64,000 bases of DNA from Methanomassiliicoccaceae archaeon (GCA_040776945.1 JAXGZN010000001.1:96001-160000); one strand, 5' to 3'; counted from the stretch's first letter, positions 1 to 10,938 are shown. Program-made: numbers and translations. The notes: generated by a model from the sequence alone, not told the origin.

Positions 1-318
1 GGTCACGTTCGCAAGCCCAGGAATGCCTCCGAAGCAAGCGCAGGAGCCGAAGGAGACCATGATGGCCGACTTCTGGCGGAGCAGCTTGGCCACGTGCTCG
101 TTCTCGCTGTTCCTGACAGCGCCGTTGTAGAGCGTCAGTGTGATGCTCTTGTCAGGCATCGCCTCGACGTCCTTCAATTTCGTATCTACCGCTATGGGCC
201 AGAACGCAATATCGGCCATCTCCGCGACCCCCAGGATCTTCTCGTCGATATCCAGGAGGGCCACGTCGCAACCTCCGCAGCCGGCGCCCCAATACTGTGC
301 TATCTTGACTTTTGCCAT
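1..318 (-). CDS. mvhG: F420-non-reducing [NiFe] hydrogenase small subunit (partial, runs off window start)
   Basis: Not in ORF track; read manually: MAKVKIAQYWGAGCGGCDVALLDIDEK...GAVRN...SFGSCACFGGIPGL; follows mvhD. Confidence 0.9.
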   Translation of the reverse strand, partial: MAKVKIAQYWGAGCGGCDVALLDIDEKILGVAEMADIAFWPIAVDTKLKDVEAMPDKSITLTLYNGAVRNSENEHVAKLLRQKSAIMVSFGSCACFGGIPGLANVT

Positions 319-331
319 GTTCTGTTCCTCC

Positions 332-838
332 TTAATGGTGCGAAGCATTAATTCCGCGGGGGTCTTCTCCCTCGGCCTCCTTCAGCGGGTTCGGTCCCAT
401 CTCTCTGATCTTCTCGATGAAGTCCGTTATCGTGGACTGGAACTTCACGCCCTCGGAGGCGGACACCCACTCCAGCTGAAGCCGGTCGGGGTCCAGGCCG
501 TACTGCTCAAGGAGCATCTTGAGCAAGGCGATCCTTCTCCTGGCGCGATAGTTGCCTCCGATATAGTGGCAGTCCGCGGGATGGCATCCCAGTACAAGGA
601 CGCCGTCCGCGCCCTTGGCGAAAGCCCGGAGGACGAACTCGGGGTCGACCCTGGCCGAGCACATCGACCTAAGCACCAAGAAGTTGGTCGGCATCTGTAG
701 CCTGGAAACTCCTGCCAGGTCCGCACCGGCGTAGGAGCACCAGTTGCAGCAGAAGGCCAAGATCTTAGGCTCGAAGGTCTCTTCCGCGGATTTGGCCGCC
801 GCGGGGGCGGCCTGGTGTTCTTGTTGTGTGGATGACAT
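332..838 (-). CDS. mvhD: Hydrogenase iron-sulfur subunit MvhD
   Basis: FCCNWCSYAGADLAG, MCSARVD, GCHPADCHY motifs. Confidence 0.95.
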   Translation of the reverse strand: MSSTQQEHQAAPAAAKSAEETFEPKILAFCCNWCSYAGADLAGVSRLQMPTNFLVLRSMCSARVDPEFVLRAFAKGADGVLVLGCHPADCHYIGGNYRARRRIALLKMLLEQYGLDPDRLQLEWVSASEGVKFQSTITDFIEKIREMGPNPLKEAEGEDPRGINASHH

Positions 839-840
839 GT

Positions 841-3800
841 TCACTCACTCTCCTCGAGAGCGGCGTCGATCGCGGCTATGACCTGTGCGTTCTTGAAGCC
901 CATTTGCTCCATAGCTCCGGACGGGCAGGCCGCGACGCAGCAGCCGCATCCCTTGCACAGACCCTCGTTGACGACGGCCTTCTTCTTCTCGGGGTTCTTG
1001 GGATCGGCCACTATCGTGATGGCCTTGTACTCGCAGACCGGTTCACAGATGGCGCAGCCATCGCAGATGTCCTCGTTGACCGCGGCGATGATGCCTTCGC
1101 TCTTCAGCTCGGGCTTCGAAATAACGGTCATGGCGCGGGCAGCTGCCCCGGAAGCCTGAGCGATGGCCTCATCAGTGAACTTTGGCCAGTGTGCCAGGCC
1201 TGCGAGATATACTCCGTTGGTGGCGAAGTCGACCGGCCTCAGCTTCATGTGCGCCTCAAGGAAGTACTTGTCCTTGCTGAGGGGCACCTTCAGCATCTTG
1301 GCTAGATCTTCGTTGTCGGCATGCGGCCGGATGCCGGTGCTCAGGACGACCAGATCGGGCCTCAGCATGATGTCCTCGCCCAGGATGGTGTCGCTTGCGA
1401 CCAGCTTCAGATCGTTCCCTTCCTTGGTGACCACTGGGGGCTTGTCCTCGGGGACCCTTACGAACCTGACGCCGACCTGACCTGCCTCCTTGTAGAGGTC
1501 CTCGCGGAACCCATAGGTACGGATGTCCTTGTGGAACACATACACATCTGCCTTCGGGTTGGCCTTCTTCACCGATATGGCGTTCTTGATGGCATTGGCG
1601 CAACAGACACGGCTGCAATAGGGCGCCTCTGCGTTCCTGGAACCGACGCATTGGATCATGGCGATCTGCTTGGCAGCGACAGGGCCCTTCTGCATCTGCT
1701 CCTCGAGCTCAAGCTGGGTGACGACCCTCTTGTCCTGTCCGTACAGGAACTCCTTGGGCTTGTACTCCTCGGCACCGACCGCTACCACTATGCTTCCGGT
1801 CTCGAGCTCAGCGCCGTCAGAGGTCTTCACCTTGAAGTTGCCGACGAACCCGCTGACGTCCTTGACCTCGGTGTTCAGGTGGACGGTGATGTTCTTGTTG
1901 TTCCTCACCCTGGTGATCATCTCCTTGGCGAAGTCCCGGACCTTGCGGCCATCCTCCTCGTGGTAGATCTTCATGGCGTTGCCGCCGAGCTCTGCGGTCC
2001 TCTCTAGGAGATCAACATGGTACCCCTGGGCTGCCATATCGAGGGCTGCGGTCATACCAGAGATGCCGCCCCCTATGACCACCGATGAGTGGGTGACGGG
2101 CAGCTTGGACTCGTACAGCGGCTCGAGCAGGCGGGCCTTGGCGACGGCCATCCTGACCAGGTCCTTGGCCTTTTGCGTGGCCTTCTCGGGCTCTCCCATG
2201 TGGATCCATGAGCATTGGTCCCTGATGTTGGCCATCTCGAACAGGTAGGGGTTAAGCCCTGCCTCCTTCAGCGTGCTCTGGAACAGAGGCTCGTGGGTAC
2301 GAGGGGTGCAGGATGCGACCACGACCCGGTTGAGCTTCTCCCGCTTGATGGTCTCGGTTATCTTGCCCTGGGTGTCGGCAGAGCAGGAGTACTTGTTCTC
2401 CTCCGCGAACACCACGTTGGGCAGGGTCTTGGCATAGTCGACGACCTTGGGCACATCCACGGTGCCTTTGATGTTGATACCGCAGTCGCAGACGAAGACA
2501 CCGATCCTGGGCTCCTGGCCTTCGACATCGATCTCGTCCTTCTTGACCTCCTCCATGTGCCCCCTTTTGTTGGATATGTAGGCACCGGCCTTGGCCGCGG
2601 CGCCCGAGGCCTCGGCGACCGAGGTCGGGATGTCCTTTGGAGCAGCGAAGGCGCCGGTAACGAATATACCGGGGCGGCTGGTGGTCAGCGGGCTGTACAC
2701 ATTGGTGCCCGCAAAGCCGAACTTGTTCAGGTTGACGTTGAATATCTTGCTCAGGGCGCCGGCGCTCTTGGGAGGCTCCAGACCGAGGGAAAGGACGACT
2801 AGGTCGAACTCTTCCTCAACCACGTTGCCATCGGCGGAGTACCTTAGGAACAGGTTCTTGGTGACAGGGTCCTCATGGATGCTCGCTACCCTGGAGGAGC
2901 GGTGCATCTTGATCCCATACTCCTTCTCGGCCCTGTTGCGGTAGTCCTCGAACTCCTTCCCTACGGCCCTTATGTCCATGAAGAATATGTGAGGCTCCAG
3001 TCCGGCGGTGTGCTCACCGGCGATGATGGCCTGCTTCATCGCGTACATGCAGCAGACGGAGGAACAATAGGTGTTGCCTACCTTCTCGTCCCTTGACCCA
3101 ACGCACTGCAGGAAGGCGACCTTCTTGGGGGTCTTCTGGTCAGAAGGCCTGACCACATGCCCTCCATACGGGCCAGTTGCGCTCAGGAACCTCTCAAACT
3201 CCAGAGAAGTGACCACGTTGGGGTACTCCCCATAACCATATTCTTTCTTGAGGCGGGCATCGAAGGCCGAGAAACCAGGGGCCAGGATGATAGCTCCCAC
3301 GTCCAGGGTCTCCTCGACCGCTTTGTCCTCATAGTTGACGGCGCCGGACGGGCAGTTCTTCTCGCACAGCCCGCAGCGGCCCTTGGTGAGCTTTAGGCAC
3401 TTGCTCGCATCGATCGAGTACTTCAGCGGAACGGCCTGGGCATACGGGATGTAGATGGCCTTTCTTTCCACTAGGTTCGCATCGTACTCATTGGGGACCT
3501 TGACCGGGCACTTCTCAGCGCAGATGCCGCATCCGACACACTTGTCCATGTCGACATAGCGAGGATTGTGCCGCACCTTCACCTTGAAATCGGGGGCCTC
3601 ACCGGAGACATCGACCACCTCGGACATTGTCATGAGGTTGATCATAGGATGTCTGGCAGCCTCGACCAATTTAGGCGAGAGGATACACATCGAACAATCG
3701 TTCGTCGGGAAGGTCTTGTCCAGTTGGGACATGACCCCACCGATGCTTGGCGTCTTCTCTATCAGGTAGACCTTGAACCCAGACTCAGCGAGGTCCAATG

Positions 3801-3861
3801 CGGTCTGTACGCCGGAGATACCTCCTCCGACGACCATTACTGCACCTGTCTTTTCCGACAT
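841..3861 (-). CDS. hdrA: Heterodisulfide reductase subunit A (long form, 1006 aa)
   Basis: GGGISG FAD motifs (twice), KTFPTNDCSMC, QCVGSR..YCSxVCC (twice), ferredoxin CxxCxxCxxxCP motifs. Confidence 0.95.
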   Translation of the reverse strand: MSEKTGAVMVVGGGISGVQTALDLAESGFKVYLIEKTPSIGGVMSQLDKTFPTNDCSMCILSPKLVEAARHPMINLMTMSEVVDVSGEAPDFKVKVRHNPRYVDMDKCVGCGICAEKCPVKVPNEYDANLVERKAIYIPYAQAVPLKYSIDASKCLKLTKGRCGLCEKNCPSGAVNYEDKAVEETLDVGAIILAPGFSAFDARLKKEYGYGEYPNVVTSLEFERFLSATGPYGGHVVRPSDQKTPKKVAFLQCVGSRDEKVGNTYCSSVCCMYAMKQAIIAGEHTAGLEPHIFFMDIRAVGKEFEDYRNRAEKEYGIKMHRSSRVASIHEDPVTKNLFLRYSADGNVVEEEFDLVVLSLGLEPPKSAGALSKIFNVNLNKFGFAGTNVYSPLTTSRPGIFVTGAFAAPKDIPTSVAEASGAAAKAGAYISNKRGHMEEVKKDEIDVEGQEPRIGVFVCDCGINIKGTVDVPKVVDYAKTLPNVVFAEENKYSCSADTQGKITETIKREKLNRVVVASCTPRTHEPLFQSTLKEAGLNPYLFEMANIRDQCSWIHMGEPEKATQKAKDLVRMAVAKARLLEPLYESKLPVTHSSVVIGGGISGMTAALDMAAQGYHVDLLERTAELGGNAMKIYHEEDGRKVRDFAKEMITRVRNNKNITVHLNTEVKDVSGFVGNFKVKTSDGAELETGSIVVAVGAEEYKPKEFLYGQDKRVVTQLELEEQMQKGPVAAKQIAMIQCVGSRNAEAPYCSRVCCANAIKNAISVKKANPKADVYVFHKDIRTYGFREDLYKEAGQVGVRFVRVPEDKPPVVTKEGNDLKLVASDTILGEDIMLRPDLVVLSTGIRPHADNEDLAKMLKVPLSKDKYFLEAHMKLRPVDFATNGVYLAGLAHWPKFTDEAIAQASGAAARAMTVISKPELKSEGIIAAVNEDICDGCAICEPVCEYKAITIVADPKNPEKKKAVVNEGLCKGCGCCVAACPSGAMEQMGFKNAQVIAAIDAALEESE

Positions 3862-4232
3862 TTATGCTCCTCCAAAATTCTTCTCCATCGATAATTCGTC
3901 CTTGTATGATGTACGATTTGGGCTTTTTTTGACCAGTTGCCTGACGGTTTTCAGAGCTGTTTCCGACCCGTTCGCGAGCATCGATCCTCCTATAACCGAG
4001 ATTGGTCCCGTTAGGTGGACTGTCCCGGTCGTTCCCGACCTACTGGACAAGTAGCTTCCGGTTACCAAGGACCGTGCCTTTTCCGCGTGCGAATCCTGGT
4101 CATGGCCCGGGTGCTTTTTGCCGGAAATGGAATGTTCGTATATTAACATATCGAAGATTGCCCCATATGTCGGATTGTGCACCCACTTCGCCATTGTCAT
4201 TTAAAAAGATTTCGTTCCCTATGGGTGACTTA

Positions 4233-4246
4233 TACGAACGTTCGTA
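4233..4246. promoter_or_regulatory. Perfect 14-bp palindrome TACGAACGTTCGTA, candidate transcription-factor site
   Basis: Lies in the divergent intergenic region upstream of hdrA; degenerate copy at 4127-4140. Confidence 0.4.
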
Positions 4247-4347
4247 ACCATTTCGACGGCCTGCGGCCTGTCAGTGCTCCAGCGTCATTATCAACCCTAC
4301 AAACATAGAAAGAACCTGCTTAAAGGAGAACTCAGCTCAAGGCCGCC

Positions 4348-5058
4348 GTGATCAAAGCCGCTCACCCTCTGGAAGGGCTCCTGGCGAGCTCCGGTCTGGA
4401 AGGGTTCATTAGGAAGCTGGCCCGATTGCGCGGACCTGTGGGCAAGGACGATGTACGCCGAGGCCGTCCGCGGATCATCGTGACCGATAAGGAACAATCC
4501 GATATTGTCTGCGGAATATGCTTTGGCAAGATCAAGAGCGAGTCGGAGTATGCATATTGCCATAGGAGAACGTTCCACAGGTCTTGCTTGGAGCGCGTGG
4601 AGTGTTGCCCCGACTGCCATCTGAAATATGCGGTCAGGGGCAGGGAGGGCACGACCACCAAGGACATAGGGTCGCCGTTCAGGTTAAAAAGGATGAGAGA
4701 AGAGCCTCTGTCGGATGAGGCGGTGTCCCGATGCCCAGTATGTGGAGCCGGCCTGCTTGAAGGCATGGGCACTTGTTCTTCTTGCGGAGCCATATTCGTC
4801 TCTCCAGGAGGTTCTTTCGCCTGTCCGTCCTGTGGGTCCTTGGTCAGCGAGAGCGCGTCCATTTGCGGGAATTGCGGAGAACAGTTCCGACCGTTCGTTA
4901 CTAGTGCCTGTCCGGCCTGTGGTCAGGTGGTAGGCCCAAACGACGCGGTGTGCCAATGTGGGGCCGTTCTTCAGGAGTTCTGTCCGGAATGCGGCACTCC
5001 GCTTCCAGAAAGGGCCACCGAATGCCCCGGATGCGGCATCGTGTTCGAATTCGTATGA
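4348..5058 (+). CDS. Cys-rich protein: RING-like finger plus four zinc ribbons
   Basis: CGIC..CHxxxxHxxC..CCPDC followed by eight CxxC/CxC pairs. Confidence 0.8.
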   Translation: MIKAAHPLEGLLASSGLEGFIRKLARLRGPVGKDDVRRGRPRIIVTDKEQSDIVCGICFGKIKSESEYAYCHRRTFHRSCLERVECCPDCHLKYAVRGREGTTTKDIGSPFRLKRMREEPLSDEAVSRCPVCGAGLLEGMGTCSSCGAIFVSPGGSFACPSCGSLVSESASICGNCGEQFRPFVTSACPACGQVVGPNDAVCQCGAVLQEFCPECGTPLPERATECPGCGIVFEFV

Positions 5059-5184
5059 TCCCAGCTTGACCATGGGGGTTCCTCCAGGGTCGATAATCGG
5101 CCGTATCGTAACCGTTATTGTCCAGAGCTGTCGATATACATTTTTATATTATCTTATCGATGCAGATATGTTTATCGAAGCGGG

Positions 5185-6285
5185 ATGCACATGAGAACAA
5201 CAGTTGACAGTGATGGGTCGTTCCTTTCCGACCCCGATCTCGAGCCGGGGGCTAGTGGCCAGGGGACGGTCAGCATAGATGACGAGGACCTAAGGAAGCT
5301 GGTGGAATCGATCAAGATCAGCATAACCATCTTCGGATGCGGAGGCGGGGGCTCCAATACCATCAACCGCCTGACTAATTCCGGGATCACCGGGGCCACC
5401 CTGGTCGCGGCAAACAGCGATGCCCGCCACCTGTTGGCCATCAGGGCGCCCAATAAGATTATTCTAGGAAAGGCCTCCACGCGTGGATTGGGAGCCGGTG
5501 CCATCCCTGATGTTGGGAGAAAGGCGGCCGAGGAGGCCCGTGAAGACATAATGCGATATATCGAGGGGAGCAGAGTGGTCTTCGTCACCGCGGGCATGGG
5601 AGGCGGCACTGGCACCGGCTCAGCCCCCTACGTCGCAGAGATGGCTAGGCGCTCCGGGGCCTTGACCATGGGGATCGTGACCCTTCCGTTCAAGGCCGAG
5701 GGAAAGCTTAGAATGGAGAACGCGAGGAAGGGGCTGAAGGTCCTGAGGGAGAACTGTGATACCACCATCGTGGTCCTGAACGATCAGCTATTGAAACTGG
5801 TCCCCAAGCTTCCTCTTGAGGCCGCGTTCAAGGTGGCGGATGAGGTCCTGATGTATGGAATCAAGGGCATCACAGAGGTCATCACCAAGCCTGGTCTTGT
5901 CAACGTCGATTTCAACGATATTAATACAATTATGAAGGACGGGGGCATGGCGATGATAGGGATGGGGGAGAGCGGGGACGGCAGCGATAGGGTGCACCAG
6001 GCAGTGAGCGAGGCCTTGGAGTCACCGCTGCTCGGCACCATCGACATGTCCACGGCGAAGGGCGCGCTCATTCGAGTGGTCGGCGGACCGGATATGACCG
6101 TGGGAGAGGCGGAGAAGGCAGCTGAGATGGTCTCCTCTCGCCTCAGTCCCCGAGCAAGGATTATATGGGGCTGCTCCGTTGAGCCGGATATGGAGGGCAA
6201 GGTGAGCCTGCTGGTCGTCATAACAGGAGTGAGCTCCTCGTTGGATGCGGACCTGCAGGCGGCCCCATCGCGACATGGTGGTTAA
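5185..6285 (+). CDS. ftsZ: Cell division protein FtsZ
   Basis: GCGGGGSN, GMGGGTGTG tubulin signature, NVDFND. Confidence 0.95.
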   Translation: MHMRTTVDSDGSFLSDPDLEPGASGQGTVSIDDEDLRKLVESIKISITIFGCGGGGSNTINRLTNSGITGATLVAANSDARHLLAIRAPNKIILGKASTRGLGAGAIPDVGRKAAEEAREDIMRYIEGSRVVFVTAGMGGGTGTGSAPYVAEMARRSGALTMGIVTLPFKAEGKLRMENARKGLKVLRENCDTTIVVLNDQLLKLVPKLPLEAAFKVADEVLMYGIKGITEVITKPGLVNVDFNDINTIMKDGGMAMIGMGESGDGSDRVHQAVSEALESPLLGTIDMSTAKGALIRVVGGPDMTVGEAEKAAEMVSSRLSPRARIIWGCSVEPDMEGKVSLLVVITGVSSSLDADLQAAPSRHGG

Positions 6286-6556
6286 GTCCAAGAGAGGCAG
6301 GCGCAGATATATCGCGTTCAGGACAAGCGGAGAACACCATATGTCAGATGAGGAGCTCCTTGGCACCTTGAACTCCTCATTGCACCGTTCAGGCGTTCGC
6401 TTCAAGGTCATCCAGTTCGATGGGCGAAGGGGCATATTCAGAGTGAGCGGGTCCGACCGCGACCGCGCCCTCAAGGCCCTGTCGGGATTGACCGGAAGCC
6501 CTATCACCACCCTCCGGACGTCGGGTACCTTGAGAACCTTGCGGGACCAGCGTTGA
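6275..6556 (+). CDS. rnp2: RNase P protein Rpp14/Pop5
   Basis: KRGRRRYIAF...TLRTSGTLR; position upstream of psmA. Confidence 0.85.
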   Translation: MVVKSKRGRRRYIAFRTSGEHHMSDEELLGTLNSSLHRSGVRFKVIQFDGRRGIFRVSGSDRDRALKALSGLTGSPITTLRTSGTLRTLRDQR

Positions 6557-6685
6557 ATGAAAAGGGGCGAAGGGCCAGGAGCTGAGATGTCGGAGTGCCC
6601 GGCGCAATTTTTTTCTGCTACACATATTAAGCTATATATTACCGAAGCGCTTTAGTGAAATCCGCATAGTCTAGGAGTGACATAG

Positions 6686-7408
6686 ATGCAACCAGGACAA
6701 ATGGCATATGATAGGGCCATCACAGTGTTCTCGCCTGACGGTAGGCTGTTCCAGGTGGAGTACGCGAGGGAGGCCGTCAAGAGAGGCACCACCACGGTAG
6801 GTTTGAAGTTCAAGGACGGGGCCGTCCTCATCGTTGACAAGCGCATCGCCAGCCGCCTCATGGAGCCAAGGTCCATCGAAAAGATATTCCAGATCGACGA
6901 GCACATCGGGTGCGCGACATCGGGTCTGGTCGCTGACGCCAGGGTCCTTGTGGACCATGCCAGGGTGACCGCCCAGATCAGCAAGATAACTTATGATGAG
7001 AGAATAAACGTAGAGATGCTGGTCAAGAAGATCTGCGATTACAAGCAGAACTATACTCAGTACGGTGGGGTCAGGCCGTTCGGGACCGCTCTGCTGATCG
7101 CAGGTGTCGATGACCAAGGCGTTCATCTATTCGAGACCGATCCCTCGGGAGCGCTGGTCTCGTACAAGGCAGGCAGCATCGGAGCCGGCCGCAACGTTGT
7201 CATGGAGGTCTTCGAGGAACAGTTCCAGGAAGGGATGGATATGGACGATGCTATCGTCCTAGGCCTTAAAGCCCTTAAGAAGGCCACTGAGGAAGAGAAG
7301 CTCAACCCCAAGTCGGTAGAGATAGGCATCGTCCGCAAGGGATCCAACTTCCGCCGCCTTGATGACAATGAGGTCGAGGCGGTCGTGGAAAAGGCCAACA
7401 GCGCATAG
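6686..7408 (+). CDS. psmA: Proteasome alpha subunit
   Basis: [20 protein letters not shown] signature. Confidence 0.97.
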   Translation: MQPGQMAYDRAITVFSPDGRLFQVEYAREAVKRGTTTVGLKFKDGAVLIVDKRIASRLMEPRSIEKIFQIDEHIGCATSGLVADARVLVDHARVTAQISKITYDERINVEMLVKKICDYKQNYTQYGGVRPFGTALLIAGVDDQGVHLFETDPSGALVSYKAGSIGAGRNVVMEVFEEQFQEGMDMDDAIVLGLKALKKATEEEKLNPKSVEIGIVRKGSNFRRLDDNEVEAVVEKANSA

Positions 7409-7419
7409 GCCGGGCTCGA

Positions 7420-8124
7420 ATGGTCGACCTTGAAGACGCGATAATCGCCAAGATGGAGTCTCACGGAGAGACTTTCGAGATCCTGATCGACCCTAAAGTG
7501 GTCAGCATCATCCGCGAAGGTAAGGAAGTAGATCTAGCGGACCACATGGTCATCGAGGAGATCTTCCGGAACGCCCGCAAGGGCACCAGGCCGGAAGATA
7601 GAAAGATCCAGGAGGTCTTCGGTACGACCGACCCGACCGAGGTCGCCAAGCAAATCATCCTAAAGGGCGAGGTACAGCTGACAACCCAGCAGCGGAAAGA
7701 GATGCTTGAGAGCAAGCGCAGGAGAATCGTGATGGAGATCGCGCGAAACGCAATCAATCCACAAACCTCCGCCCCACATCCGCCCGCAAGGATCGAAGCG
7801 GCGATGGAGGAGGCGCGGGTCCATGTGGACCCCTTCAAGTCCGTCGAGTCGCAGATAGAGACGGTCTTAAAGGCCCTGCGCCCCTTGCTTCCGATCCGGT
7901 TTGACAAGGTCCGGATCGCGGTGAGGCTGACAGGAGAGCAGTATGGCCGCTGTTATGACTACATATCCCAGGCAGGGAAGGTCACTAAGGACGAGTGGCA
8001 ATCGAACGGTTGCTGGATCGGCATTGTGGAGCTTCCGGCAGGGATGCGTGATGATTTTCTTGGCAAGCTCGCCGAGAGGACGAAGGGGGACGTCGAGACC
8101 AAAATCCTCAAGAGCGCCATTTGA
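7420..8124 (+). CDS. Ribosome maturation protein SBDS/Sdo1
   Basis: [25 protein letters not shown]; conserved synteny. Confidence 0.95.
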   Translation: MVDLEDAIIAKMESHGETFEILIDPKVVSIIREGKEVDLADHMVIEEIFRNARKGTRPEDRKIQEVFGTTDPTEVAKQIILKGEVQLTTQQRKEMLESKRRRIVMEIARNAINPQTSAPHPPARIEAAMEEARVHVDPFKSVESQIETVLKALRPLLPIRFDKVRIAVRLTGEQYGRCYDYISQAGKVTKDEWQSNGCWIGIVELPAGMRDDFLGKLAERTKGDVETKILKSAI

Positions 8125-8235
8125 GCGAATTCTTAAGACATTGCATATTATACGGCGTTTCGGGTCGAGCAAAGGCATATAAGAAGGCAGACCATCAACA
8201 GGTTATTCGTGCGTTGATTTAAAAGGAGACATGAT

Positions 8236-8937
8236 ATGAACAGTGAAGTGTCGAGACAACCGCGGGAGATCGTTATGCCCGGCGATCTTCTGGACGGCGA
8301 CAGATTGAAGCCAGGGGCGGGAACCTATGTTTCAGAAGGGAAGATATACGCCGCCCTGCTCGGTATAAAATCGGTGAAATCGAACTACGTGAACATAATC
8401 CCCCTCAGCGGCAGGTACATTCCTGCGGTCGGCGACAGCGTCATCGGCAAGGTGGAGGACATCGGGCCGTCCAACTGGCTGATCGACATTAATTCACCTT
8501 ATCCCGCTCCCTTGCACGTGAACGAGGTCCCCTGGCGGGTCGAGTTCGGCGATACCGCGAGATACATGAACGTGGGCGACGTGATTCTGGCAAAGGTGCT
8601 CATGGTGGACGAGACCATGAGAGTTCAGGTCACTATGAAGGACCAGGGATTAAGAAAATTGCAGGGAGGGCAGATCATCGAGATCTCCTCCAGCAAGGTC
8701 CCCCGTGTGATCGGCAAGAGCGGTTCCATGATACAGATGATAAAGGGGTACACCAACTGCCGCATCTTTGTGGGACAGAACGGAAGAATATGGCTCGATG
8801 GCGAGGTCGATAACATAATGCATGCCATCAAGGCCATCCAGATGATCGAGCAGGACGCCCATTCCTACGGATTGACTGAAAAGGTGAAGGCGTACCTGGA
8901 GGCGGAGTCGCATCAGTCCGCCCCGAGTTCGGAGTGA
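8236..8937 (+). CDS. rrp4: Exosome RNA-binding subunit Rrp4
   Basis: S1 and KH domains ([20 protein letters not shown]). Confidence 0.95.
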   Translation: MNSEVSRQPREIVMPGDLLDGDRLKPGAGTYVSEGKIYAALLGIKSVKSNYVNIIPLSGRYIPAVGDSVIGKVEDIGPSNWLIDINSPYPAPLHVNEVPWRVEFGDTARYMNVGDVILAKVLMVDETMRVQVTMKDQGLRKLQGGQIIEISSSKVPRVIGKSGSMIQMIKGYTNCRIFVGQNGRIWLDGEVDNIMHAIKAIQMIEQDAHSYGLTEKVKAYLEAESHQSAPSSE

Positions 8938-8947
8938 GGTGAAGCTT

Positions 8948-9727
8948 ATGTCCGGAATGACAACCAATATCGATCTGATAGATGACAATGACATAAGGAT
9001 AGATGGAAGGAAAGTGGACGAGCTCAGACCCCTGAGGATCGAGGCCGGGGTCCTGAAGAGAGCGGACGGCTCCGCCTACGTCGAGTGGGGGAAGAACAAG
9101 GTGTTGGCCGCGGTGTACGGACCTCGAGAATGCCATCCACGCCACATGCAGAACCCTGCGAAAGCGATCGTCCAGTGCAAGTACAATATGCTCTCGTTCT
9201 CGGTCTCAGACCGCAAGCGGCCGGGCCCCGACCGACGATCCATAGAGATCTCCAAGATAATATCGGAGGCCTTGGAGTACGTTGTATTCACTGAGAACTA
9301 TCCTCGTGCATCCATTGACGTCTACATAGAGGTGCTGCAAGCCAATGCGGGCACCAGATGCGCGGGCCTGACCGCTGCTTCCGTGGCCCTGGCCGATGCC
9401 GGCATACCTATGAAGGACATCGTCCCTGCTGTCGCCATCGGCAAGGCAGATGGGCAGATCGTACTAGACCTCAACAAGGAGGAGGACAACTACGGCAATG
9501 CTGACCTGCCGATTGCCATGATACCGCGGACCGGCGAAGTGCTGTTGCTCCAGATGGATGGCCATATGACCATGGAGGAGTTCGATCGCGCACTGGAATA
9601 TGGGAAGAAAGCATGTCAAATGGTCTACGACGTGCAGAAGGACGCTCTCCGACGGCGCTATGCCGTGCAGGGAGCTACCAACGGTGAGGCGGACGATGAG
9701 ACCCATGGCGATGGAACGGAGGCCTGA
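8948..9727 (+). CDS. rrp41: Exosome subunit Rrp41
   Basis: [32 protein letters not shown]. Confidence 0.95.
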   Translation: MSGMTTNIDLIDDNDIRIDGRKVDELRPLRIEAGVLKRADGSAYVEWGKNKVLAAVYGPRECHPRHMQNPAKAIVQCKYNMLSFSVSDRKRPGPDRRSIEISKIISEALEYVVFTENYPRASIDVYIEVLQANAGTRCAGLTAASVALADAGIPMKDIVPAVAIGKADGQIVLDLNKEEDNYGNADLPIAMIPRTGEVLLLQMDGHMTMEEFDRALEYGKKACQMVYDVQKDALRRRYAVQGATNGEADDETHGDGTEA

Positions 9728-9729
9728 GT

Positions 9730-10503
9730 ATGTCCGAACCCGTAATGTCCGAGATAAAGAAGGGGCACATCCATAAGCTGCTGTCCACCGGAAAGCGCGT
9801 GGACGGCAGGGCGCTCGATGAGTACCGCCCCATCAGCATCGAGACCAACTATATCGAGAGCGCGCAGGGCTCCGCCCGCGTACGACTTGGCAATACAGAC
9901 GTCCTCGTGGGAGTTAAGATGGAGGTAGGCTCCCCGTTCGCGGACACCCCAGACCGCGGGGTGCTGACCACCAATACCGAGCTGATACCTCTGGCATCCC
10001 CCACCTTCGAGTCCGGACCTCCAGATGCCGGCGCCATCGAACTGGCCAGGGTCATCGACCGCGGAATACGCGAGAGCGAGATGATCGACCTAAAGAAGCT
10101 GTGCATCAAGGAGGGCGAGGAGGTATGGATCAACTTCCTCGATATCTATGTGCTCGATTACGACGGAAACCTGTTCGATGCCTGCTTCCTGGGCGCCATC
10201 GCCGCCCTGAGGACCGCCATTGTTCCGGCGAAGGAGAACGAGAAGGGCGAGGACTATCCCATGCCGCTCAACCATCTGCCCATTCAGACCACGGTCGTAA
10301 AGATAGAAAACTCTATATTGTTTGACCCGACTCTGGACGAAGAAAAGGTCGCAGACGCTCGCCTGACCGTCACTATAGATGAGAACGGTGACCTAAGGGC
10401 AATGCAGAAGGGACTCGCCGGCGCCTTCACGCTGGACGAGGTCAGGCAAGTGATCGATATGTCCCTGCGCAAGAGCAAGGACCTCAGGAACATCGTAGGG
10501 TGA
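9730..10503 (+). CDS. rrp42: Exosome subunit Rrp42
   Basis: RVDGRALDEYR, FESGPPD, ELARVIDRGIRES. Confidence 0.95.
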   Translation: MSEPVMSEIKKGHIHKLLSTGKRVDGRALDEYRPISIETNYIESAQGSARVRLGNTDVLVGVKMEVGSPFADTPDRGVLTTNTELIPLASPTFESGPPDAGAIELARVIDRGIRESEMIDLKKLCIKEGEEVWINFLDIYVLDYDGNLFDACFLGAIAALRTAIVPAKENEKGEDYPMPLNHLPIQTTVVKIENSILFDPTLDEEKVADARLTVTIDENGDLRAMQKGLAGAFTLDEVRQVIDMSLRKSKDLRNIVG

Positions 10504-10507
10504 TAGC

Positions 10508-10798
10508 ATGGCGAAGTCAACAGAGAAGGTGGGCAGCTCGGGAAGGTTCGGCACGAGGTACGGCGTGGTCGTTAGGAACCGCGTCCGTGACATCGACAAG
10601 ATGCGGACCGCGGCCCACGAGTGCCCCAAATGCCATAGGAACAGCGTATCTCGCGTGAGCAGCGGCATCTGGGAGTGCAGCAAGTGCAACGTCAAGTTCG
10701 CCGCTGGTGCTTACTCCCCGACCTCTAAGAAGGTGACCTCTGAAGAGTTCAGGGCCGCCCAGAACGCAAAGGTCGAGAGCCAGGCTAAAGGTGCGTGA
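10508..10798 (+). CDS. rpl37ae: 50S ribosomal protein L37Ae (eL43)
   Basis: GRFGTRYG, CPKC..GIWECSKC..AGAY. Confidence 0.95.
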   Translation: MAKSTEKVGSSGRFGTRYGVVVRNRVRDIDKMRTAAHECPKCHRNSVSRVSSGIWECSKCNVKFAAGAYSPTSKKVTSEEFRAAQNAKVESQAKGA

Positions 10799-10800
10799 AC

Positions 10801-10935
10801 ATGTACAAGTGCGGGAACTGCAACGAGCCCGTCCGCTCCAACGTCAACACCGTGGGGATCCAGTGCGAGAAGTGCGGTTCCAAGATCTTCTACAAGGAAC
10901 GTCCGAACGTTAAGAAGGTCGTCAAAGCCCGGTGA
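10801..10935 (+). CDS. rpoP: RNA polymerase subunit P (Rpo12)
   Basis: Not in ORF track; MYKCGNC...IQCEKCGSKIFYKERP..KAR. Confidence 0.92.
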   Translation: MYKCGNCNEPVRSNVNTVGIQCEKCGSKIFYKERPNVKKVVKAR

Positions 10936-10938
10936 AGG

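Noticed and set aside
841-3861. Unusually long HdrA with duplicated modules and no adjacent hdrBC
   Set aside because: Long HdrA forms clustered with mvh genes are an established architecture; no internal stop or selenocysteine codon.
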